A stretch of DNA of 58,317 nt from an uncultured Bacilli bacterium (GTDB lineage Bacteria; Bacillota_I; Bacilli_A; RF39; UBA660): the NCBI GenBank assembly GCA_947624275.1, contig CANQJR010000002.1:1-58317 (forward strand), given 5' to 3'. A program made the position numbers and the translations under genes. The notes below the pieces were generated by a model. That model searched no databases. It was not told where the DNA came from and saw only the letters and a list, made by a program, of their open reading frames with translations. This document shows positions 31,677-40,350 of this stretch, one piece after another. Numbering within the stretch: position 1 is the stretch's first letter; each line of letters begins with the position of its first letter.

Positions 31677-33188
31677 ATGAAAGATAATCGAGAAGTAAGA
31701 GAATATCGCGATAAAGTAGTGAAGATGACTTTTATCATTTTTTTATTGATCAGTTTTATTAGTCCCGTCACAGGAGATGATTGGAAAAACTATGTCATAG
31801 GCAATTCTGGTCTTTTAAACATCTTCAAAAACGTATGGGAAATGTATTTGACTTGGGAGGGAAGAATGGCCAGTAGATTGTTCATAGATTTACTGATACC
31901 ACATAAATTGATATTTTCTACCCTATTTGCTTTACTCATAGCATCATCAACCTACTGCATTTGTAATTTGATGGGAAAAGTGAAGAGAAAAGAGTATTAT
32001 CTAATTCCACTAATTGCTTTATTGTTAGTCAACGTCAACAGTTTTGCCCAAAACTATACTTGGAAGACGGGATGTATCACTTATACCTTTCCTGCTCTGA
32101 TGACCATTTTATACTTCGCCTATATCTTTCAAAAGAAAACGCTCTATTTCGATCTAAAAGAAATAATTGCTCTATCGATAACGGCTTTATTAATCCCAAT
32201 GTTCGTCGAAAATATCGGTCTCAGTTTTGTGTTGGGAAACATCATCTTGACCAGTTTTTACTTCATCAAAAAAAGAAAGATATCATTACCTCTAACCGGT
32301 TTCACCATCATATCAGGAGTTTCTCTAATAGCCATGCTTCTAAGCCCAGGTTCAGCCCTTAGAATGGAGACAGAAACAGCATTTGCTTCCTTGAACCTCT
32401 TCGAAAAAATAGGCACTAATATCCCCAATTTTATTGCCCATGTCTTCACTCATAACTTCATCATAACCCTCTTGATGACGATACCGATTAACTATTATTT
32501 GTCGCGCGTTTTAAAAGGAAAGAAAATTTTCAAGAACTCAGTCATCGCTCTTTTCAACATCGTTCCCCTTTTCAACATCTACTGCAATCTACATGAGATG
32601 ATTCCTGTCAATGTGACATTAGTTTTCAAACCTTATAATGGCATCTTTCTACCATCCAAGTGGTATTTCATCTTCTACTGGATCATCTTCATAACGCTCT
32701 TCATTTTAAGTATCTTTTACATCATAAAAGATCAAAAGAAAAAAGAGATTGTCCTCTTTTTCTACATCATTACCCTAATGTCCAGCATGGCAATGTTACT
32801 ATCACCAGTCTGGGGTGAAAGAGTAGTATTTTTAACCATCTTGGGCAGTATTTTAACAGTATCTATTCTGATAGAAGAAATGCATCTCAAATTATCATTT
32901 AAAAAACTCCATTTTCTATTGATCATCTTGATGATATATTATTTCAGCATCTATACTTTTTCCTATTACATAGATCGTGAAAGAGGTAATTACATCAAAA
33001 AACAGATGCGTGAAAATAGCGATGTAATCGAAGTAATAGCTAATCCCTTTCATCTAGTTTGGAATTATAATCCAGACCTCAATGGACTAATCAATAAATT
33101 GCGATTATACTATGACATACCTAAAGATAAAGAAATCAAATTTGTCTATAGAGGTATCTTTAAAGAGATAGAAGACAAAGTAAAATAA
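31677..33188 (+). CDS. Polytopic membrane protein, possible GT-C type glycosyltransferase (island 1 cargo)
   Basis: At least 12 TM segments, with a GDDW motif in the first predicted external loop as in GT-C enzymes. GGTGA RBS before ATG 31677. Confidence 0.4.
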   Translation: MKDNREVREYRDKVVKMTFIIFLLISFISPVTGDDWKNYVIGNSGLLNIFKNVWEMYLTWEGRMASRLFIDLLIPHKLIFSTLFALLIASSTYCICNLMGKVKRKEYYLIPLIALLLVNVNSFAQNYTWKTGCITYTFPALMTILYFAYIFQKKTLYFDLKEIIALSITALLIPMFVENIGLSFVLGNIILTSFYFIKKRKISLPLTGFTIISGVSLIAMLLSPGSALRMETETAFASLNLFEKIGTNIPNFIAHVFTHNFIITLLMTIPINYYLSRVLKGKKIFKNSVIALFNIVPLFNIYCNLHEMIPVNVTLVFKPYNGIFLPSKWYFIFYWIIFITLFILSIFYIIKDQKKKEIVLFFYIITLMSSMAMLLSPVWGERVVFLTILGSILTVSILIEEMHLKLSFKKLHFLLIILMIYYFSIYTFSYYIDRERGNYIKKQMRENSDVIEVIANPFHLVWNYNPDLNGLINKLRLYYDIPKDKEIKFVYRGIFKEIEDKVK

Positions 33189-33214
33189 AGAGACTTGAAT
33201 TGTCAAGTCTCTTT
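33187..33214. terminator. Bidirectional terminator inside island 1
   Basis: 12-bp stem AAAGAGACTTGA/TCAAGTCTCTTT with a 4-nt loop. Confidence 0.7.
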
Positions 33215-34135
33215 TCATCCCATTATTTGTCCACCGTTATTGTGAATGACTTGACCAGTCATGTAGCTGGAATCATCACTCGCTAAGAAGACAAAAGTAG
33301 GTGCTAGTTCATAGGGCATTGCTCCTCTAGCCATGGCCGCATCGGCTCCTAATGATGGTATTTTTTCTTTGACCCAACAAGAAGGTTGAAGTGGCGTCCA
33401 GAAAAAGCCGGGTGCGATGGCATTTACCCTGATATTTTTCAAAGCTAAATTTCTAGCTAAAGCCCTTGTAAAGCCCACGATTGCCCCTTTAGTAGTAACA
33501 TAATCAATCAATTGTGGATCTCCATAAAAAGTTGTTACTGAAGTTAGGTTGATAATAGACGAACCCGCTTTTAAATGTGGTAATACCTCTTTCGTCAAAT
33601 AGAACATGCCATATACATTGACTTTCATCGTTTGATCAAATTGTTCGTCACTAATATCTTCCAATTTGTTCTGTTGATATTGAACCCCAGCATTATTGAC
33701 TAAAATATCGATCTTGCCAAAACGATCTAAAGTTTGTTCAACGATGTATTTAGAGAACTTTTTATCGATGATATTACCAGATAATAAGAGACATTCCCCT
33801 CCCAGTTTTTCAATATATGCCTTTGTCTCTTCCGCATCTCGATGTTCGTCATAATAAGGAATGACAACTTTTGCTCCCTCTTTGGCAAAAGCGACTGCAC
33901 AAGCTCTTCCCAAACCACTATCGCCACCAGTGATGATGGCAACTTTATCTTTTAATTTGCCACTGCCCTTATAATTGGGATTGTCAAAGACTGGACGAGG
34001 ATTCATCAAGTATTCTAAACCGGGTTGACGTCGCTGTGACTGTTCTGGAGCCATAATTTCATATTCCACACTTTGAATTCCCTTTGGATAATAATAATCA
34101 TAATACTTATTGCCAAATTCATAATTATGTTTCAT
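33215..34135 (-). CDS. SDR-family oxidoreductase (YhdF/YhxC general-stress type; island 1 cargo)
   Basis: TGGDSGLGRA cofactor motif, NNAG, and the long N-terminal leader typical of the GSP39 subgroup. GGAGGAAAA RBS before ATG 34135. Confidence 0.8.
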   Translation of the reverse strand: MKHNYEFGNKYYDYYYPKGIQSVEYEIMAPEQSQRRQPGLEYLMNPRPVFDNPNYKGSGKLKDKVAIITGGDSGLGRACAVAFAKEGAKVVIPYYDEHRDAEETKAYIEKLGGECLLLSGNIIDKKFSKYIVEQTLDRFGKIDILVNNAGVQYQQNKLEDISDEQFDQTMKVNVYGMFYLTKEVLPHLKAGSSIINLTSVTTFYGDPQLIDYVTTKGAIVGFTRALARNLALKNIRVNAIAPGFFWTPLQPSCWVKEKIPSLGADAAMARGAMPYELAPTFVFLASDDSSYMTGQVIHNNGGQIMG

Positions 34136-34166
34136 AATTTTCCTCCAATCTAATATATGTAAAAAA

Positions 34167-35798
34167 TCATTTCTTTTGCCCATTTTGGGAAATTTCATCA
34201 ACTTCTTTTTGATAATGATATTTGACTAAATAATCTATTTCATATCTCTTCGTGCTACTTGTATCAAAACCGCGCTTAAAACGGAAATCTTTCACTATGT
34301 CACTTCCCGTCACATTTAAATATAAATCAACAATTATTTTATCATCGCTTTTATCAATCCAAATTTGATCTATTAAGAGCTTATCAATGTCATCGAGTAT
34401 CTCCTTAGACGACATTCTTTTCGCCAAAGCGTTCTCAACTCTTTCTAAATCTAAATCTTGACTGTGATCTCGGACTATTTCTTTCTCTTTCGTGTTCAAT
34501 TCTTCTCGCTTTTTTAATAGTTCCTCATCCGTTATAATACCATTTAAATTCAATTCTAAAAGATGATTCTTTTTAACTTGGATCTCTTTTAAAGGTTCAG
34601 AGATATCTTCATCAACATTATCCAGATAGATATCTAATAGGGTTTTGATCAATTGCTTTTTAGAAAGAAAAACATCACTCACTGCTGAAATGATGACTTT
34701 TAGTTCACTCTCTCTAACTTTAGGACTGTCACAAAATCTTTTACCACTAGTCAAATACTTGGAACAGACCCAAGTCATATCGCTCTTTTTTTTTCGAAAA
34801 TGGCGCTTATAAAATGGCTTATGACAGTGGGCACAGTATATTTTACCATTATAGATATCAGAATCGACATTTTTGGTGCGCTCATTTCGTCTACTATGGC
34901 TTTTCTGATGAGCTAAATCCCAAGTTTGTTCTGTGATGATCGGTGGTATTTTTTGAACATCCTCATAAACGATCCATTCTTCTTCAGGCAAATGTTTTAC
35001 TCTTTTAGTCATATAATCGACGACTTCTACTTTTTTTCCACAATAATAACCTTTATATTTAGGATTTTTAATGATTCTCGATATCGATGTAGAAGACCAA
35101 TTCTTGTTTTGCCTAGTCTTAATGCCATCATAATTCAGTCTTCGACTTATGGCATTGAAAGATAGATCATCAATTATGTACATATCATATATCTTCTTGA
35201 TGACTGTTGCCTCTTCTTCAATTATTTTAAGATTTCCTGTGACACGATCTTTCTTATATCCATAAAGCATATCATTTCCTAAAATGTGACCATTTTCTTG
35301 GGAACGATGCATACCAAACTTCACTCGCTCAGATAACCTCCTAACCTCGTCTTGAGCAAGAGAAGCCATTATAGTAAGTCTTAGCTCACTGTCTGGCAAA
35401 AAGGTATTTATGTTGTCATTTAAGAAGAAGACTGCCACGCCACGATTCAACAATTCACGCGTGTATTTGATACTATCAAGAGTATTTCTAGAAAAGCGCG
35501 AAATCTCTTTAGTGATTATCAAATCAAATTTATTTTTTTTACTATCCGCAATCATGCGCATAAAGTTTTCTCGTCTGACGTCACTAGTACCAGTTATTCC
35601 TTCATCGACATACCCTTCGACATATTGCCAATTGCTGTTATCTTTGATCATTTTTTCAAAATGTTCATTTTGATTATTGAGCGATTGAATTTGTTCTAAG
35701 TGATCTGTTGAAACTCTAGAATAGTAAGTGACCCGCAATTCTAAATCTTTTAGATTATATCCCATATTTAATTTTTGTCGCATTTCTAATAGATCCAT
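34167..35798 (-). CDS. Large serine recombinase (island 1 integrase)
   Basis: Resolvase catalytic domain (YSRVSTDHLEQ, DLIITKEISRFSRN), recombinase domain, Cys-rich zinc beta-ribbon (C.HC...C) and a long C-terminal coiled-coil-like region. Confidence 0.9.
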   Translation of the reverse strand: MDLLEMRQKLNMGYNLKDLELRVTYYSRVSTDHLEQIQSLNNQNEHFEKMIKDNSNWQYVEGYVDEGITGTSDVRRENFMRMIADSKKNKFDLIITKEISRFSRNTLDSIKYTRELLNRGVAVFFLNDNINTFLPDSELRLTIMASLAQDEVRRLSERVKFGMHRSQENGHILGNDMLYGYKKDRVTGNLKIIEEEATVIKKIYDMYIIDDLSFNAISRRLNYDGIKTRQNKNWSSTSISRIIKNPKYKGYYCGKKVEVVDYMTKRVKHLPEEEWIVYEDVQKIPPIITEQTWDLAHQKSHSRRNERTKNVDSDIYNGKIYCAHCHKPFYKRHFRKKKSDMTWVCSKYLTSGKRFCDSPKVRESELKVIISAVSDVFLSKKQLIKTLLDIYLDNVDEDISEPLKEIQVKKNHLLELNLNGIITDEELLKKREELNTKEKEIVRDHSQDLDLERVENALAKRMSSKEILDDIDKLLIDQIWIDKSDDKIIVDLYLNVTGSDIVKDFRFKRGFDTSSTKRYEIDYLVKYHYQKEVDEISQNGQKK

Positions 35799-36059
35799 GT
35801 CATTCACTTCTCCGCCAGATTTCTCTCTCCGCTTTCCGATATAAATAATAGGATATATAAGATTCGTCATATAGGTCTTTATTTAGAATTAAGAGGAGCT
35901 GATAATAAATATTTTTATTCATAGTACATCATATGTCAAAAAAAGTTATTTCATCAAAAGATTATGATTTATTATTGTAAACATCAATTATTAGTTTTAA
36001 TTTTTGAAGTGATATTGCACTTTAAACAATTTTTAGCGTTTTCGTATTGTAACACTGAG

Positions 36060-36471
36060 TGAACCTAATGCTTTAGAAGTAGAAAAAGAAGGTTATGGTC
36101 ATGTAGTGGCATCTCTTGGACAATTGGGTGGTGTTGTCCCATACACATCATATAATGCTAAAATCAGTTATATCAAAGAGAACAGGGATATAATTGTCAA
36201 ATTCACTCGTGCAATTCAAAAAGGATTAGATTTTGTCAATAATAGTGATAGTGAAACCATTGCCAAAGCTATTGTAAATTTCTTTCCAGATACATCATTA
36301 GATGACTTAACTAAAGTGGTAGATAGATACAAGAAACAAGATAGTTGGCCAACGACGACATCTTTTAGTAAGAAATCGTTTGACCACTTACAAGAGATAA
36401 TGACATCAGCTGGACATTTGGACAAAAAAGTTCCTTATGAAGATTTGATCTATCAAATAGATGAAAAATAA
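36060..36471 (+). pseudogene. NMT1/SsuA-type binding protein, C-terminal part
   Basis: In-frame continuation EPNALEVEKEGYGHVVASLGQLGGVVPYTSY... to a stop that overlaps the ATPase ATG at 36461. Confidence 0.85.
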
Positions 36472-37039
36472 TATCTTAACGATTAAAAATTTAAAAAAGA
36501 TATATCACGATACTAAAGGTGAAACATTAGCAATCGATGATATATCTTTGGACATCAAAGAAAAAGACTTTATATCTATTGTAGGGCCATCTGGTTGCGG
36601 TAAATCAACACTTCTATCGATTTTAGCCGGTTTAGAGACAAAATCGGATGGACAAATAATCAGTGCTGACAATTTACGAATTGGTTATATGTTACAAAGT
36701 GACTCATTGTTTCCTTGGCGAACAGTTTTAGAAAATTGTCTATTAGGCTTAGAAATAAATCGAGAACTCAATGATGAAAATAAAGAGAGAGTCATAAACT
36801 TGTTAAAATCTTATGGTCTCTATGAGTTCAAAGACAAATATCCGTGCAATCTATCTGGTGGTATGCGCCAAAGAGTTGCCTTGATCAGAACATTAGCTAT
36901 CAATCCAGATATTTTATTATTGGATGAACCTTTCTCAGCACTAGATTATCAAACGCGTCTATCACTTGCTGATGACGTAGCGAATATCATAAAAAAGGAA
37001 AATAAGACAACTATTATGGTTACTCATGACCTAGCTGAA
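36461..37039 (+). pseudogene. NitT/TauT-family ABC ATPase, N-terminal part (interrupted by island 2)
   Basis: GPSGCGKST, LSGGMRQRVAL, LLLDEPFSALD and MVTHDLAE. After 37039 the frame enters island sequence (LIFQLT*). Confidence 0.9.
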
Positions 37040-37065
37040 CTCATTTTCCAATTGACATAAATTTA
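37040..37065. repeat. Island 2 left terminal inverted repeat (attP P' arm)
   Basis: CTCATTTTCCAATTGACATAAATTTA matches the reverse complement of 40147-40172 at 20 of 26 positions in exact register (hand count). Confidence 0.75.
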
Positions 37066-38376
37066 TTTGACAACTATCCAAGCATTTGGCAAACTGCGAA
37101 TAGTGCGTTGATATCCATTCCATGGATTGTTGACGTATTTGTTATTCTCGACGAGAGCTGTAGAAGTACCACCATCCAAGTTAGCTGCATTATAAGCCCC
37201 ATAATTAGCCATTATTTTGGCAACGTCAGCATAACTTGCTCCATAACTTCCCGGTTGATTACCACCATCGATGACCAAGAACAAAACGATACCATCTTTG
37301 CGTTGACCAATGACACTGCGCGAAGTTCCCCAAGTGAAGTTTTTAACATTGGCAAACTTATTTTTACCATTGACAATTAAGAATGGTCCCCAATCCATCG
37401 CATCTCTGATACCCATCTTTAATGCTTCTTCTTTGCTCATGTTTTTGAGTACCAAACGATTGTCTTTAGTAAATCCGATGAGTCCACCACTATTGATGCC
37501 TCTTCTGAATTCGCTCAACACTTTACCATCTTTGATGACGAGACCATGGGGAATACCACCATTGCTGTTCCAATAAGGATCATAAAAACCACCAGCATTC
37601 ATTGCTATCAACGCCTTATTTTTCTTGGCGATGATTGATAGTATTTCACCATATGCTCCATCATGGGTACCCGCCCCACTCGATGTAGCAATTTTCACTT
37701 TGGAAGGATCGTATATGGCTACTAAATAACCGCGATATTTATAATTTGCGCCAATCGTCGTACCATTGATTTTAATTATTTTATATAGATCATCTTCATT
37801 TTCTTTTGAAAGAATCTGTTCTTCATATTTATTGGCATAAATTTTTTGATTGTACTCAACTTTTTCAAATTCAATTTTATTACTGCTCTCCAACTCCGTC
37901 TTAGTCTCTTCTTTAGCCTGCATCAAAGTCTCATCAATCGTCTTGGCACTGAACAACCACGTCGCAAAATATTGATGATCCTTAGTCTTCATCGCGCTAT
38001 CAATGATATAATTGCGAATCTGACTATTGCTTCCATATAGTATTAAACCAATTATTAAAAAGAGAACGACATAGAGTGAAGACAAAGCTAATTTGATCAT
38101 TTTAGAAATCATATTATTGGGCTTTTTTATCTCATCGACAATTCCATAAACTAAAAGGACACTAAATACTAAAATTCCCACAAGACAAAAAGAACTTATG
38201 CGTTCGTTGACCAAATCATAACTGTGGAGAGATATGATGTAAGTCAAGACTAAAATGGGTAATAAAATTACTGATATTAACAAAAGTTTATTATCAAAAA
38301 AAGAAAGACTATCACGAGATACTTCTTTTTTATTCTTTTCATTCATATGTCGTTGTCTAATATTGGGGTATCTCAT
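37063..38376 (-). CDS. Phosphodiester glycosidase family protein (DUF2233-type) with an N-terminal membrane region (island 2 cargo)
   Basis: C-terminal domain with AMNAGGFYDP...GGIPHGLVIKDGKV...GPFLIVNGK...NLDGGTST, typical of the family. Confidence 0.75.
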   Translation of the reverse strand: MRYPNIRQRHMNEKNKKEVSRDSLSFFDNKLLLISVILLPILVLTYIISLHSYDLVNERISSFCLVGILVFSVLLVYGIVDEIKKPNNMISKMIKLALSSLYVVLFLIIGLILYGSNSQIRNYIIDSAMKTKDHQYFATWLFSAKTIDETLMQAKEETKTELESSNKIEFEKVEYNQKIYANKYEEQILSKENEDDLYKIIKINGTTIGANYKYRGYLVAIYDPSKVKIATSSGAGTHDGAYGEILSIIAKKNKALIAMNAGGFYDPYWNSNGGIPHGLVIKDGKVLSEFRRGINSGGLIGFTKDNRLVLKNMSKEEALKMGIRDAMDWGPFLIVNGKNKFANVKNFTWGTSRSVIGQRKDGIVLFLVIDGGNQPGSYGASYADVAKIMANYGAYNAANLDGGTSTALVENNKYVNNPWNGYQRTIRSLPNAWIVVK

Positions 38377-38387
38377 GTCTTTCTCCT

Positions 38388-38942
38388 TTACTTTATTACA
38401 CCGGAATGTTCTCCATTGCTATCAGCATCGATATAACTATCATAAAATGAAGTGCTATACTTTTTGAGATCTGTATCACTCCACTCGTTATAATCATCGA
38501 TTCTTCTATTGTATTCGCGAACTAGCGAAACATAAGCATTGACGATTGCTTCATAATTATGATTTATCGCTGAACACTTCTCATCGATATCATAATCATT
38601 ATAATTTCTAGCTGAGCATTCATAACGCAATTTTTTAGTCATCGTATCCAATGCTTTGATCTGTTCTTCAATATTTTTTAATTCTTTGATATTTTGTTCA
38701 TAGCGATATTTTATATCAGAATAATACTTGGCATCAAAAACCGTTGTATCCTTTATCTGATAAGAAATCTTTTCTAAATCAATCGCATAAGAATTGTAGC
38801 TGTTCTTAATTAAGTTCGCAGCTGCATTACTCATTTTGACATCGAGGCTATAACCATCGACAAAACTGATTGAATAACCGATTACAATCAAAACAAATGC
38901 TACAATTATAGTAACACTTGAAATTACTCTCACTCTCTTCAC
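38388..38942 (-). CDS. Hypothetical membrane-anchored protein (island 2 cargo)
   Basis: 184 aa. N-terminal TM, then a helical Tyr/Asn-rich domain. 11 nt upstream of the glycosidase gene. Confidence 0.5.
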   Translation of the reverse strand: MKRVRVISSVTIIVAFVLIVIGYSISFVDGYSLDVKMSNAAANLIKNSYNSYAIDLEKISYQIKDTTVFDAKYYSDIKYRYEQNIKELKNIEEQIKALDTMTKKLRYECSARNYNDYDIDEKCSAINHNYEAIVNAYVSLVREYNRRIDDYNEWSDTDLKKYSTSFYDSYIDADSNGEHSGVIK

Positions 38943-39038
38943 GTTACTCGCCTCTCTATTATAAAGTATACAATTATTTAAATATTAAATAAAGAAAAAA
39001 ATAATAATTTTACAGTATATTTTGCTCAATTGTAAAAT

Positions 39039-40124
39039 TTAATAATGGTTTATCTCCAATTGTTTATCTAAAGAGATAATTTTAATTTTCTTTATTTTTT
39101 CTTGAACGAAATGCTCTTTGAAAGAAGAAGTCTCATTGGCAATGTTTAAGTATTTATCTAAATACCTATGACTCACACTTTTAAAATCACAATTATGATT
39201 ATGACAGATGTAATTTATGTAACATTTGCCATGGAAATAAGTCCTTTTAGTCGCCATTCTTTGGTGACAGAGGCACTCCAATTTATTTGAATAATATGCA
39301 TCGCTTTTTGTGCGCAAACGATTTTGCAATTTCTCTCTCACTTCATAATATTGCTTTTCATCAATTATTTGTGTATGTCTTCCAACTGTTTCAAAGTAAT
39401 GATTAGTATTTATTCCATATCGCACTTTACCAATGTAATTGGGATTGGTCAAAATATTAATAATGTTTTTAGTCGTCCATTGTCTGTTCTTTTTGGTGTG
39501 AACCTTTTGACCATTCAGTTTTTTAGCTATGTCTGTAATACTAGTACCATTCAAATACATGGCAAAAATGTCTTTCACTATTTTGCTCTCTGATCGTTCA
39601 ACGGTTTGAACTTTTTCGCCTTTAGAACGACTATAACCATAAGAGGGAGTAGAACTGCACAAGCTATAACCTTCTCGCACCTTTCTCTCCAAACCAACTT
39701 TGATTCTCTCCACGATGGTCTCACGTTCAAATTCGGCAAATAAACCGATTATTTTGACAAACATTCTCCCCGCTGGTGAAGCAGTATCAATTGCTTCAGT
39801 CAATGAATTAAAAGCACAATTACAAGCTTGAAACAATTCGATCAAATCGATTAAATCCTTAGTCGATCTAGTCAGACGATCTATTTTATAGACCAAAACG
39901 TTATTGACTTGGGAACTCTTGACATCAGCAATCAATCTTTGAACTTCGCTCCTGTTCAAATTTTTACCACTTATACCTTCATCAATATATATGTCATAAA
40001 TTTCCCATTCTTTTATTTTGGCATAACTCATCAGTTTTTCTCTTTGAGCTCGTACTGAATAGCCATGCTTAGCCTGTTCCTCAGTAGAAACTCTAATATA
40101 TATACCAGTTTTAAAATCACTCAT
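39039..40124 (-). CDS. Serine recombinase, short form (island 2 integrase)
   Basis: 361 aa. GIYIRVSTEEQ catalytic Ser, VYKIDRLTRS, a recombinase domain and a Cys/His-rich ribbon (CLCHQ...CYINYICHNHNC), with very little sequence after it. Confidence 0.9.
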   Translation of the reverse strand: MSDFKTGIYIRVSTEEQAKHGYSVRAQREKLMSYAKIKEWEIYDIYIDEGISGKNLNRSEVQRLIADVKSSQVNNVLVYKIDRLTRSTKDLIDLIELFQACNCAFNSLTEAIDTASPAGRMFVKIIGLFAEFERETIVERIKVGLERKVREGYSLCSSTPSYGYSRSKGEKVQTVERSESKIVKDIFAMYLNGTSITDIAKKLNGQKVHTKKNRQWTTKNIINILTNPNYIGKVRYGINTNHYFETVGRHTQIIDEKQYYEVREKLQNRLRTKSDAYYSNKLECLCHQRMATKRTYFHGKCYINYICHNHNCDFKSVSHRYLDKYLNIANETSSFKEHFVQEKIKKIKIISLDKQLEINHY

Positions 40125-40146
40125 ATTTCATTCTATTTATTTGTTT

Positions 40147-40172
40147 TAAATTTATGCTAATGCGAATATAAG
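40147..40172. repeat. Island 2 right terminal inverted repeat (attP P arm)
   Basis: TAAATTTATGCTAATGCGAATATAAG is the partner of 37040-37065. Confidence 0.75.
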
Positions 40173-40350
40173 TGAAGCAATAAGTCTCTCAGACAAAATA
40201 ATCGTCTTGTCCAAAAGGCCTTCAACCATTAAAACTGTTCATGAAATAGAGGTCGACAAAACTTTATCCCCAACCCAAAGAAGAAGGAATAAAATGTTCA
40301 ATATTTATTACGATCAAATTTGGAAGGAGATAGATAATAATGTACAGTGA
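40173..40350 (+). pseudogene. NitT/TauT-family ABC ATPase, C-terminal part
   Basis: (S)EAISLSDKIIVLSKRPSTIKTVHEIEV... The stop overlaps the permease ATG at 40340. This segment is not in the supplied ORF track because it has no start codon. Confidence 0.85.

Larger units (their letters stand above)
30757..36059. mobile_element. Integrated island 1 (about 5.3 kb) carrying a large serine recombinase, inserted in the binding-protein gene
   Basis: Bounded by TGA at 30754-30756 and 36060-36062. Joining the flanks restores ...GDYVSLF-EPNALEVEKEG... in frame. Contains four genes, with the recombinase at the right edge. Confidence 0.85.
37040..40172. mobile_element. Integrated island 2 (about 3.1 kb) carrying a short serine recombinase, inserted in the ABC ATPase gene
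   Basis: Flanked by TGAA at 37036-37039 and 40173-40176. It has 26-nt imperfect terminal inverted repeats. Joining the flanks restores VTHDLAE-AISLSDKIIVLSKRP. Confidence 0.9.

Noticed and set aside
34136-34201. Apparent 35-nt overlap between the island-1 SDR gene and the recombinase gene.
   Set aside because: This is an artefact of the longest-ORF call. The SDR has a strong GGAGGAAAA RBS at ATG 34135, which removes the overlap.
35933-35980. 15-codon ORF (MSKKVISSKDYDLLL) in the non-coding right arm of island 1, considered as a possible recombination directionality factor.
   Set aside because: It is too short, has no RBS at functional spacing, and lies antisense to the likely recombinase promoter region. 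There is no support beyond an ATG.
30776-36059. Direct repeat CACTGAG near both ends of island 1 (30779-30785 and 36053-36059), considered as an alternative junction or target duplication.
   Set aside because: Joining at that repeat leaves an in-frame TGA and does not restore the conserved ..SLF-EP.. sequence of the binding protein. The TGA core at 30754/36060 does restore it.
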